DNA of 63,270 nucleotides, counting the filler, from Reclinomonas americana ATCC 50394 (lineage: Eukaryota): the NCBI GenBank assembly GCA_048213135.1. It is 3 parts of 3 records of this genome, joined end to end, with 100 filler letters (N's around TTAATTAATTAA, not from the genome) between each part and the next. Parts side by side here need not be neighbours in the genome. Positions count along the whole stretch, not along the records: positions 1 to 29,910 come from PS015617.1; 2 more parts are not named here. One strand, written 5' to 3'. The notes under the pieces are model-generated. The model had not been told where the DNA came from. It saw only the letters and a program-made list of their open reading frames with translations, and did not search any database. Numbering within the stretch: position 1 is the first letter of the stretch; the number at the start of each line of letters is the position of its first letter. Positions 1 through 16,523 of this stretch are shown one piece after another. A program made the translations under genes and the position numbers.

Positions 1-19
1 CGGTGGCGGCGGCTACGAT

Positions 20-3000
20 ATGGGACCGACAGTGTCGGCACCGATGATTGACACGGATCCGCCACCGCGACCATACATTGTGTTCCTCTTGCAAAAGGCC
101 ATGAGCAAGAAGAAGAAGAACAAGCTGTCGCAGATCGAGTCGAATGATATGCAGCAGTTCCGTGAGCGCATGTCGAGTGCCGAGTGGGCGCAGCTGCAGC
201 GTGAAGCCGACGGTATGAGAGGAGGAGTTTCCTCGTGGCATGTTTCTCTCCTCTGTCGTTCCCTCACCGCCGCCCTTGCTCGCAGACATGCGCCGCCGCT
301 ACAAGAATATGAAGCCGCACGAGCGTGAACGTGCAGAGGCGGATGAGGAGCGGCGTGCGCGCCTCGACAAGGTCTCGTACGAGTTGCGCATGTCGCACAA
401 GGCCTCGCAGAATCGCTACCTCAGCCACCGAGAGATGCTTCCGCCGGGCGGTGTGTCACTCACCGGCGGTCCCCCTGGGGCGACATACATGGATGGGGGC
501 TTGTCGGAGCCGGTGAGTGGGGGGAAAGGCGAAGTTTCGCTCGTGAGGATCACGATTCGCGTGTTGGCTCACCCTCTGTGCGTGTGTGCAGGCCTCGGAG
601 ATCAGTCACCGTGTCGGCGACATTGGCGAAGAGCGCACTCCGTTTTACGTGCCGCCCGAGTACGCCACAGTTGCGTATGTGCACATGTGAGAGAGGAAGA
701 GAGAGTCTCCTCCTGGTACTCACTCGTGTTCGCGCAGTTGATTCCTCCGGCCATCGCACAACCCACATCACCGTCGTATGTGAGTAATCATGGAGCCTCG
801 GTTCCGGGCGTCAGCAACTCGGTGGGCACCGTGTTCCACCCGTCACCCACACACGGCTCGGCCGACGTGGTCAGCCCGAGTAGCATGGGTGGGACCGGCT
901 CGGGCATGCTGCAAATTCCGCCTCCCGCCGGCACCGTGCCACAAGCGGGATCGGTGCGTTGTCATCATGGTTGTGATGACGATGGTGTTTGTGGCCATGC
1001 TCATCCGTAAGTGTCTCGCGCAGCACAACTCGCTGATGCAACGCGTGGCATCGCTGGCGCGCCGACCATCCGTCATTGGCCCGTCGCTCTCTCTGCGACA
1101 ACAGGTGGACGACCTCACTGCGCGACTCGAGACCAAGCAGCAGGAGCTGTTGGATGAGCGAGCGGAGAGCACTGAGACGATTCTCAAGTATCGCGAGGAG
1201 ATGTCGCGCTTGGAGGAGATTATCAGTCGCTACGCGGAAGAGACAAGACGGCTGGTGGAGGAGCACGACCAGCTAATTGCCAATGCGCAGCGGTCGGCCG
1301 AAGCCTGTGCGGAGATGGAACGGCAGATGCACGCTGGCGACTCGAATGCGCAGGTGCGCGCACTAGAGGCGCAGGTGCGAGAGCTGCAAGCGGAGAATCA
1401 GCGTTTGCGGACGGCGGAGACGGTTTGTCGTCTGTTGATTGCAGCACTGACGACCTCGGAAGCACTCACTCACTTTTCTCTCTCGTGTGTGTGTTTGCAA
1501 TAATGTGTAGGCGGTGGTCGATCGCAGTTGCGCCTGTTTACTGCATGTTAATAATGAGCGCTGTCTGTGTGACTAACAATCGGTGGCTGTTGTTGTGACG
1601 CAGGCGCCTCATCGGATGCCGAAAGCAACTTGGTGGTGGCTCGCCAGTTGAATGAGCATTTGGCGGCACAAGTGGATCATCTGCAGGCCGAGAAGCAGAA
1701 ACTCGAACGTGCGCTGCAGGAGCGCAACATGGACACGGAGAGGCAACTGGATCAGCGCACATCGCGGCTGCAAGTGGAGCTGGATAGCTTGGTGAGCGGA
1801 AGGGAGAGCGCGATATTCTCCATGTGAGGCCTATTCAACTCACGTGCTGGCGCAGAAATCCGAGTACGCCTCTTCATTGGCTCGCGAATCGCGACTGCAA
1901 GAGCAACTCAGTCGACTCGAGCTGTCACGTTCCTCATTACGACGGGCCGTGCAGCGTGTTGGTCACGTTGTCAAGGTGCGAAAGAGCACCCTTGCCTCTT
2001 CATCTTTCCTCACTGCTGTGTCACTCTTTTATTACGACCTGCGACTCACCGACATTGAATAACAGGGTCTCGCCCACGAGCACCGATCAGTGGAGAGCTA
2101 CGTGAAACAATACCTGGCCGACATGCAGTTCCAGATCGACGAGTTTGCGCTGCGGTTTGCGCGCTCGTGGGCCGACCAGAGTTGCGATCACTTGTCGACA
2201 AATGATTCCACTTGTCGCATCCCGCTTGACTGACAACCCGAAATGCAGTGCTGCAAGGCGAGGAGGCGGTGTCGCTTGTCCGGGAAAGCTCATCGCGTCT
2301 GGCCGTGACGCAGAAGCTGCCTCTTCGTGAATCACAAGCAGTGGTGGTGCGTGTGCTCCTTGGTTGTTTTGCCGTACCTCTTTCCTCGTCACCTCATTCG
2401 CCTCGCAGGAGCAATGTGTGCGTGTGTGCGTCCGACTGCGCCCTCTTCCTGTCGAGTCCAAGTCAGCGGTGCGTCTCATCTCTTTATTGCTCTTGCGTCA
2501 CGCTGTCACTCACTCGCTTGCGACAACAGGTTACAGTTGTCGACTCCAACACCCTCGAGATCCAGCGCGGCGGCGACAGGAGATCGTTTATTTTCGACCG
2601 TGTGTACGGACCGCAGGCCTACAATGGTGAGCTGTCAAGTGAAATCTTTCCGTGCCCGCGCAGCCCGTTGGATTCACTCACCTCCGTGGCGCAGAGGACA
2701 TTGAGGCGGAAATCGTACCGCTTGCCAAGCGTGTTCTCTCCGGCGAGCGCATGTGTGTGCTGGCGTACGGTGAAACCGGAGCAGGCAAGGGTCACTTGCT
2801 GGTGCGTCGAGTCTTGTGATCATAGCATGCGATCATTCTTCTTCTGTATTCTGACGTGTTGTTGCCGTGCTGTTCACAGGAGGGCGACAGCGAAGATGTG
2901 GGTTTGGTAGAACGACTGGCGCTGAGCGTATTCCGGGAAATGAGTTCCCTGCAACGTGACCATACGTTCCGCGTGAAGTTGTCGGCGTTTGAGGTGTACG

Positions 3001-4146
3001 ATGACCAGATTCGTGATCTGCTGGCACAGCAGCCGATTTCCGCCCCCGAGTGCACGTCGCTTGCAGGTGAGAAGTCAAGTGTTGAGAGGGAGGGAGAGGA
3101 GAGAAGAGAAGAGGGGAGAGGGAGAGAGTGCATGTCGCTTGCAGGTGTGGTATCGTGTGTGTGAGAAAGAGAGAGGGAAAGAGTGCGACCAGAGATATGC
3201 GCTGCATTGCTGACGACCGCTAATTCGCATGATTGACAGACGTGTTCCAAGCGGATGTCACTGGTGTGCCGCACTTCCAAGGTCTGCTGGAAGAAGCGTT
3301 GGCGCGTCGTCGCCAGCCTCTCGATGCCGGTCGCCTTGCCACGAGGTCACACAATCCACGAGCCCACGGGTACGCGCGTCTCTTGATTGATATCAGTGCC
3401 ACGGGTTGGCGTATTTACTAGCGCCACTGCACACAGCGTGTATCGTATCCTGGTGGATGTCACCAACACGGAGACACTGTCGCAGACGTTTGGTGTGCTG
3501 ACGCTGCTCGACTTGGCTGGTGCCGAAACCGGAATGCGCGGCACCACTGGCATCGACATGTCACGCGAAGTCACTCGTGTGCGCAAGTCGCTCGCCACCA
3601 TGCACGACGTGTTGCTGGCCATTGCACACAAGCAGACACACATTCCGCATCGGAATTCGTTCCTCACCAATGTGCTGCGAGAGGATCTCGGTGTGTGCAC
3701 TGCACTGCGCATCCTTTCTTTTGTGAAATCTCGGTGCTTGTTCTCACCGCCCTTTTCCCGCAGATCCGTCGTCGGCCCTTGTGCTCTTCCTGTGCTTGCA
3801 CCCTGCCGTCGACCACTACGGCGAGAGCCTGAAGTCGTTGCTGTACGGCTCCAAGGTACGAGCCGCTCGTCTGCACTCATACTTTGCCGAGACGAACATG
3901 CTGCAAGACGCGACGCTGAGCACGCTGGCCGCGGCGTCCGGCCTCGGCGCCGGCGCTCCGTCGACACCGGGCTCAACCGGCAGCAACGGTGCCTCTAGTG
4001 CGGCAGCCATGATCGCCGGCAGTGGCGGACCTGTCTCGCCGCAGTCCATGAGCAGTGGAGCCCTGTTGCGCAGCGCGGCGTCGGGCAGCGGCTCTGCGGC
4101 CTCTGCGTCGGTGCCTGTGGTGCCGGCCAGCCTCAGGCGGCCAGCC
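20..4146 (+). CDS. Kinesin-like protein with coiled coil and C-terminal (kinesin-14-like), degenerate motor domain; ~16 introns; start uncertain, 3' end in gap
   Basis: Spliced exons give VRVCVRLRP, FIFDRVYGP, LAYGETGAGK, LSAFEVYDDQIRDLL, LTLLDLAGAE, KSL, HIPHRNSFLTNVL and ESLKSLLYGSKVR, preceded by a coiled coil (~1020-2350). Confidence 0.85.
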
Positions 4147-4699
4147 NNNNNNNNNNNNNNNNNNNNNNNNNNNNNNNNNNNNNNNNNNNNNNNNNNNNNN
4201 NNNNNNNNNNNNNNNNNNNNNNNNNNNNNNNNNNNNNNNNNNNNNNNNNNNNNNNNNNNNNNNNNNNNNNNNNNNNNNNNNNNNNNNNNNNNNNNNNNNN
4301 NNNNNNNNNNNNNNNNNNNNNNNNNNNNNNNNNNNNNNNNNNNNNNNNNNNNNNNNNNNNNNNNNNNNNNNNNNNNNNNNNNNNNNNNNNNNNNNNNNNN
4401 NNNNNNNNNNNNNNNNNNNNNNNNNNNNNNNNNNNNNNNNNNNNNNNNNNNNNNNNNNNNNNNNNNNNNNNNNNNNNNNNNNNNNNNNNNNNNNNNNNNN
4501 NNNNNNNNNNNNNNNNNNNNNNNNNNNNNNNNNNNNNNNNNNNNNNNNNNNNNNNNNNNNNNNNNNNNNNNNNNNNNNNNNNNNNNNNNNNNNNNNNNNN
4601 NNNNNNNNNNNNNNNNNNNNNNNNNNNNNNNNNNNNNNNNNNNNNNNNNNNNNNNNNNNNNNNNNNNNNNNNNNNNNNNNNNNNNNNNNNNNNNNNNNN

Positions 4700-6390
4700 C
4701 CGGCTCGTAGCACGAGTCGGTCGGCGGCAACAACATCGAGACCAGGGGGCTGCCGAGCACCAGTGGTGACATGGCTGGGGCCGCCGACATGGCACCCGAC
4801 GGCATCGCGCCATACATTGACGACGACAGCGGCACCGGCGCTGGCATTGATTGCCGCGCCATTGTCGTAGTCGTCGTCACCGCGGTCGACGCGGACAAGG
4901 GCAGCAGCTTGGGCAGGCGTGGCGGAGGGGCGCGACGCTTGCGAGGTGGTGGGCACACATCCTCATCCTCCTCCTCGTCGTCGTCATCGTCCTCGGTCCA
5001 CAGGTCCTCGGCCGACGACGCGCGCACCATGTCCACGTCGCCCTCGTCCACAAACATCTCGCTGCCGCTGACGCTGACAATGTCGCACTCCTCCTCGCCG
5101 TCATCGCGGTAGTCGTCGTCGTGAGAGTGGCGACGCTTGGTGCCGGCGCCGGCCAGGATGGTGACGGCGGCCTTGCTCGACTGGCGGGCACGCGCCAGCG
5201 ACGAGTACCACATGGGCGGCGGCGCAATGTCCACACCCTTCTCGCGCATGCGGGCACGAGCCGATGTCCAGTACACCTTGACCTGCTTGGGCGTCACACC
5301 GAGGCGGTGAGCCACCTCAATCTTGTCGTTTTGATCGAGGTACGGCTGCGCTTCAAAGGCGGCCTGCAGCGCGGCCAGGGTCTCCGGCGGGAACCGGTCG
5401 GGACGAGTGGGCTTCTCCTCGTCACGAGTGGCCTCGCGGCGCGCCTTGGCGCGGCGCTGGTTGAACCAGTTGACAATGCGCTGCACTGGCACCTGGGCCG
5501 CGCGCGACAGGCGCTCCATGGCGGCGGCACTGTGTGTGCGCGAGAGAGATGCCATCAGCACAAATCACCAAAGAGGACCGGGGGAAAACATTGAAGACGC
5601 AACTCGGGATAGCGGTTGGCGGCAAAGGCACCCTCGAGGATGCTGCGCTGCGACTGCGACAGATGCTTCTGGCCAGTCTTCAGCACCTCGACGTCCTCGC
5701 CAATCTCGGCGTTCTGCTCGGCAATGCGGCGCATGCGCTCAATCTTGCGCTCAAACCACAGCGCAATGAGATCCGTCGTCAGGCCAGTGGCCTCGGCGAG
5801 TTGCACCAGGTGCTCGGCCGGTGGCGCCGTGACGCCAGCGGCCGGCAAGCGGCGACGCTTGTCGGTGAACTCATCGAGGGCGGCCGTCAACGTGACCAGC
5901 TGCTCCGGAGCCAGCACCGACGACTTGATCTTTTGGATCTTGCGCTTGATCTCGCCGCCGCCGACGCTGCAGCCAGCGCCCGCAGCCGCAGTCGCCAGCG
6001 AGCGCTTGGGCTTTGGGGCATGCACAATAGGCGGCAGCACAGGCGGAGGCGGCAGCAGCAACGACAGCGGAGCAGTCGACGGCTGCACAGAGGCCACGGC
6101 CGCAGCGGCCGCCGACGCACGAGTCTCCAAGTACGCCGGCACAGGCTCGCCGCGATCGCGATACTCCTGGCGCAGCTTGCGCCGGCGATGCTCGAACCAC
6201 TTCTTGACCTGATCGGCCGTCAGACCCGTCACACGCGACAGCCGGTCAAGCTCATCAGGCAGCACAAAGGCGCACACCTCAAACGAGGCTGCCAGCGCCG
6301 CAGTCTACACAAGCACAAGGCGGTTATTAAGACCAATGTCCATAAATAGCACCATGACCCAGAAATAGTCACCTGGTCGGGAGTCTTCAT
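4700..6390 (-). CDS. Protein with four homeodomain-like repeats; 2 introns; 3' end in gap
   Basis: Helix-3 motifs QVKKWFEHRRRK, LIALWFERKIER, RIVNWFNQRRAK and QVKVYWTSARAR, each preceded by helix-1/2-like segments (e.g. LEGAFAANRYP, LQAAFEAQPYL). Confidence 0.8.
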
Positions 6391-8270
6391 ACGTGAAGAA
6401 GATGGAGGTGAAGAGCGTAGGGTCGCCAATGAAGCGATGTTGAGTTGATGTGGTGGTGGTAAGATGTTGTTGTGGAGGTTGTTGTGGAGAGGTCAGTCAC
6501 AGGGGACATGTTGGTCGCATGAAGCGCCATGGTTGAATCGTTAAAAGTTGGAGANNNNNNNNNNNNNNNNNNNNNNNNNNNNNNNNNNNNNNNNNNNNNN
6601 NNNNNNNNNNNNNNNNNNNNNNNNNNNNNNNNNNNNNNNNNNNNNNNNNNNNNNNNNNNNNNNNNNNNNNNNNNNNNNNNNNNNNNNNNNNNNNNNNNNN
6701 NNNNNNNNNNNNNNNNNNNNNNNNNNNNNNNNNNNNNNNNNNNNNNNNNNNNNNNNNNNNNNNNNNNNNNNNNNNNNNNNNNNNNNNNNNNNNNNNNNNN
6801 NNNNNNNNNNNNNNNNNNNNNNNNNNNNNNNNNNNNNNNNNNNNNNNNNNNNNNNNNNNNNNNNNNNNNNNNNNNNNNNNNNNNNNNNNNNNNNNNNNNN
6901 NNNNNNNNNNNNNNNNNNNNNNNNNNNNNNNNNNNNNNNNNNNNNNNNNNNNNNNNNNNNNNNNNNNNNNNNNNNNNNNNNNNNNNNNNNNNNNNNNNNN
7001 NNNNNNNNNNNNNNNNNNNNNNNNNNNNNNNNNNNNNNNNNNNNNNNNNNNNNNNNNNNNNNNNNNNNNNNNNNNNNNNNNNNNNNNNNNNNNNNNNNNN
7101 NNNNNNNNNNNNNNNNNNNNNNNNNNNNNNNNNNNNNNNNNNNNNNNNNNNNNNNNNNNNNNNNNNNNNNNNNNNNNNNNNNNNNNNNNNNNNNNNNNNN
7201 NNNNNNNNNNNNNNNNNNNNNNNNNNNNNNNNNNNNNNNNGGAAAGAACTGGGGAGGGAGGGCAGCTGAAGAGAGCGCGGGCCAATATAGCTCGTCGTCT
7301 TTCTTGAGGGGGGTTTTCCGTCGCGAGAATCGCAGAAGGAGAAGAAGAAAGCGCACCACACACACACACAAAGGTGGGTTTGGTTTAGGCAGACATGATC
7401 ACGTAGATCGCACACACAAGGGACACTGGGGGATAACTGTGGCGCACATATCGGANNNNNNNNNNNNNNNNNNNNNNNNNNNNNNNNNNNNNNNNNNNNN
7501 NNNNNNNNNNNNNNNNNNNNNNNNNNNNNNNNNNNNNNNNNNNNNNNNNNNNNNNNNNNNNNNNNNNNNNNNNNNNNNNNNNNNNNNNNNNNNNNNNNNN
7601 NNNNNNNNNNNNNNNNNNNNNNNNNNNNNNNNNNNNNNNNNNNNNNNNNNNNNNNNNNNNNNNNNNNNNNNNNNNNNNNNNNNNNNNNNNNNNNNNNNNN
7701 NNNNNNNNNNNNNNNNNNNNNNNNNNNNNNNNNNNNNNNNNNNNNNNNNNNNNNNNNNNNNNNNNNNNNNNNNNNNNNNNNNNNNNNNNNNNNNNNNNNN
7801 NNNNNNGGGAGGGGGGTTAGCAGGGCGGGTGGGTGGGAGGTGTGCAGGGAATGTGGGGATCTTCGCGCTCACCGAGATCTGAAATGTAACTAAAAACCCC
7901 CCACCCACTTGTCCTGCATGTTCGGTTCCCGAAAACGGCGCGAAGACAAGCTTGTGCACTGGGAAAGGTGGATGCAACTGCTGCGACAACTGTAGTGTCT
8001 GCACACGCGTTTGGAATGCATCGCTTGTTGCAAACGCGCATGTATCTGATGATATTTGAACCAACGTCGACGTCGCCGATATCTCAACAACAAAACCCTC
8101 AGTTGACCGATGATCTTGACCTCCTGGATGTTCGGAGGAGGAGCAGGAGCAGGAGAAGAAGGAAAGAAGGAGAGGAGGAAAGAAGGGCCAGGGAAACCAC
8201 GAGGTTGTTGCTTGCTGCATTCCCATCGTCATCCCATAAACACCAGTCTACACTATGCACAATGCGCCTC

Positions 8271-12675
<4,405 letters not shown>

Positions 12676-12760
12676 GAGAAAAGGAGTAAGACCAATGCAA
12701 TAACGCGAGTCTGTCTCTCTCTTTAACAACTCTGTCTCTCTGTCTCTCACACGTTGGTGC

Positions 12761-13029
12761 ATGAGCAGTGGTGGCGATCGGCAACCACTCCTGCACACCA
12801 TTACCACACCAAACACCGCATCAGCAGCAGCTTCGTCTTACGGAAGTGCGCACATGCAGCGACCACCCTCATCTCCGCGCATTGCCGCGCTCGTCCTCGG
12901 TCGCCTTGGAGAAGCAGGAGGAGGAGGAGGAGGAGGAGGAAGAAGAGAGCAGGAGGCAGTACCACCACTGCGTGAGGAAGGCACTGTGGCGTCATCAGCT
13001 GCAGCTGACACTGGTGACTCACAAAGACA

Positions 13030-13108
<79 letters not shown>

Positions 13109-13168
13109 NNNNNNNNNNNNNNNNNNNNNNNNNNNNNNNNNNNNNNNNNNNNNNNNNNNGACGACGAC

Positions 13169-13239
<71 letters not shown>

Positions 13240-14597
13240 CTCTCTCCATCTCTCATGATCTCCGATGCGTCTGACATTGCTTTTTTTGTCTCAGTGACAG
13301 ATGCGGGTGTGAAGGGCACGCCGACTGGAGGCGAGGATGCTCTCGTGCACCTCGAGTCGATTGATCCGGAGGTGGAGAGGGAGATTGATTCACGGCCAGA
13401 GTTGCAGGTGCAGGAGCCGATTCCGCCGACGCACAGTCACGTGTATCGAGGTGCATCTCTCCTGTCTGCTGTCTGCTGCCTGTGCTCTGTGTCTCACTTG
13501 TTTGTTTGTGGTGCTGTAAGACGCGTTCTGCTGTGGTGGATTGTGCGTCGTGTCGTGTCGTGTTGTTTTTTCCCTTCCATGCTCGTGCGCTCACCTGCGC
13601 GTCGCAGTTGTGAGAAGGAGTGCTCCTGCGGGTGCGTGCGGACGTTTGTGTTGACCATCATTCTCTTTCCGTGCTGTTGTATACCAATCTGTGTGCAAGC
13701 GAAATCGTTGCGCGCTGCTCCGCTCGCCCCTCCTCGCCCTCATCCCCTCTGTATTCACGCTTCCCTCCGTGCACAGACGACGCGAAGCGCTGCGAGACGA
13801 GGCCGAGAGGGAGAGGATAAGCGACGAACTATACCGCGAGCAGCTCATGCGCCTGCCGGTGGAGAACCGAGAAAAGGAGCGTGAGCGTGAGCGGCTGAAG
13901 GAGGTGGCGAGGGTACGCAAGAGGGCACTGTCGTCGTCGCCAGGCTCGCCCGTTTTTGAGGTTTGGTTGGGGCGAGTGGGCTTCGTGCTTTGTTTTCCTC
14001 CCCCCAGAGTCATGACGCGCGCTGTTCGGAAAAAACTAGGATAAGCGTGTGGCGACGGTGCCGATGGGAGTGACCACGCCGAGTACCATGGCGAATCCGG
14101 ATGCGTTTGTGTTGCGCGCACCATCGGCTGGCCAGGCGGAGCTGGCCATGAGAACAGGGGCGGTGCGTGTTCGAAAACCAGGAGTGATGCGTCCACCTCC
14201 TCTCTCATGCTCTTTCTTCCCGCCGCAGGTTCCAGAGGAAGAGTGGGTGGAGGAATCGTTGGCGCCACCCAAGGCGATCATCGAGTTCCAGCTGCGCGGG
14301 CGGAACGTAAACTTCACCGTGCCCTCGAAGGAGTGCGTCGTGGTCGACTGTGTGTCGGTGAGTCCCGCACCAGGGGAGGCCACAGCCTTCTTTTCACTCA
14401 CTCACTCACTCCCCCCACCGCAGGACCTCTACGAGCACGTCCAGCTGACGCTCATCGCGCATGAGCGGTTCAACTTTGAAATGTTCTACCGGCGCGCCGA
14501 CGGCCACCTCGAGTCGCTCTTTGATCACCGGCAGGCCACCGTTGTCGGTTTCCTCGGTCAGGGAGTGCAGACCGTGTTTGTGGAGATTGCAGACTGA
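12761..14597 (+). CDS. Hypothetical spliced protein; C-terminus may be ubiquitin/UBX-like
   Basis: ATG at 12761, GT-AG introns and coherent exons ending ...VFVEIAD*. One internal junction could not be phased unambiguously. The fold is a guess from the beta-beta-alpha-beta pattern. Confidence 0.5.
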
Positions 14598-14689
14598 CGA
14601 GGGGGAGAGCAGAAAAAAGGCGGGCGGAGGAGAGACAATGAAGAAACATGTGTGCTTGAATATTCATTTTGCATCTCTCTCTCTCTCTT

Positions 14690-16329
14690 ATGGACGACGA
14701 GAAGGAGGAGGGGCCGTCGTCCTCATCGGCATTCTCGTCAGAGGCCTTGAGAGAACGACTGGAGGCCTTTTGCAGACAGCACGAGATTGATCCGCGAGTG
14801 TACTTTGAGGCCCCTGCAGAGCTCCCACGATACTTTAGGTGAGAGACAAGCATGCATGCCCTCTCTCTGTGTGTGTGGTCTCTCTCTCTTTGACACACGC
14901 ATGCAGAGTGACACTGCGTGATCGTCTTCTCGACGCACAATGGGGATCATCGCATGTGAGTGACTGATGCCACCCTTGTCATCGTCAATCACTCATAATC
15001 TCTCTGTGCAGTCGGCGTTGTCGAGAGAGTGGCTATGTGAGCAATTGAACACAGCAACAGTGCAGGAGGTGCCGTGGTTGCCCACGTTCTTCCAGTGTGT
15101 CGCTGATGTGAAGCTGGCTGGCGTGCCATTGTAAGCAACCTCTTGTCATCTTCTTCCCTCATACACCCCTCACGCCATGCCCTTTCTCTCACCAGATACA
15201 CCTCTGGCACTCTGTTTGGCATGGACGCGGCCTCGGCGTTTGCAGTCTGCACGCTGGATCCGCAGCCGGGCGAGTCGGTGCTGGACCTGTGCTGTGCGCC
15301 AGGCGCCAAGTTGTGCCTCATGGCAGAACTCATGCACAATCGCGGTCGTGTGGTCGGCGTTGACGTGGATCAACCGCGGCTGCTGTCGTGTCGCAGTGTA
15401 CTGCGCAAGTACCGACTGGGAGCACGACCGCCGGTGCGCGTGAGAGGTCACACGAGAGAGGTGTCACGTCGTCAGCGACGCAAGCGACTGCGTGAGGAGG
15501 AAGAAGAGGCGCTGTTTGTCACGGTGGGAGCGTCGTCGTCTGCTGTGGTGGAGGAGGAGGAGCAAAAGGCGGAGGCGGGTGAGCTGGTGCCGGATCCAGA
15601 TGGCGGCATTGTGCACTTGGCGCTCGCCGACGGAACCACCTTTTGGGAGGCAGAGGGCGATGGAGCGCGGCAGTACGACCGGTGGGCGAAGTGACGCCCT
15701 ATATTTGTTGCTGCGACACAAGCGCTCATTCGCCCCACTCCTGCAGAGTGCTGGTCGACGCGCAGTGCACACACGACGGCTCCCTGCGGCACGTGCAGAA
15801 ATCGGCAGAGACCAAGGGCATGGAGCACTTGGAGCAGCGTGTGATTGGCGAGAGTGTGGTGGAGGAGACCGTGCAGCTGCAGCGCCGCCTGCTCGAAAAC
15901 GGTTTCCGACTCACGCGACCGGGAGGCGTGCTGGTGTACAGCACGTGCAGTCTCACTCGCGTGCAAAACGAAGGTGTTTTCGTTTGGGGTGTTTCGCCAC
16001 TATTCTCTTCATCGCTCACACACAGACACACAGGTGTCGTGGAGTGGATCCTGCGGCAGCACGCCGACGAGCTGGTGCTGGAGGATGCATCGGTGGAGTT
16101 TTCGAGAAGTGCGGCGCTCCGGCTGCTTCGTGAAGTGCAGGTGGCATCGATGCAGAGCGTGGCTGCCGAGCCAGCGCCAGCGCCACCGCCACCGCCACCA
16201 TGTCCACCACCATGCCTGGCTGGCACACTGCCGGGTACAGTGCGCTTTGATCCGCTGCATTCTCGGACCAGCGGACTGTTTGTGGCTCGGCTCCGACGAC
16301 TGCCAACAGCAGCGGATGCAGAGCGGTGA
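14690..16329 (+). CDS. NOL1/NOP2/Sun (NSUN/RsmB-type) RNA m5C methyltransferase
   Basis: GMDAAS, VLDLCCAPGAK (motif I), YDRVLVDAQCTHDG (motif IV), GGVLVYSTCSL..QNEGVV (motif VI) and SGLFVARL; 5 introns. Confidence 0.9.
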
Positions 16330-16523
16330 CATCCACTCCCTAAATGCGTGTTTTGCGCGATATCAGATCGATGCCACAACTGCAGGCCGGTCATTCCGGG
16401 AGAGCCAAGTCTGACCTGCAGCTCTGCAACAGAGCGAGTGCGCGACGCAAGTCGTCGTACGGACGTGCGTAAACAAACCACACACACACTACTTCATCAT
16501 CATTATTCCGGTTCCCGCCACTG

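Noticed and set aside
534..591. Shifted donor A|GTTTCG at 534
   Set aside because: A canonical G|GTGAGT donor at 513 is in the same phase and gives a typical 79-nt intron, so 534 was not counted.
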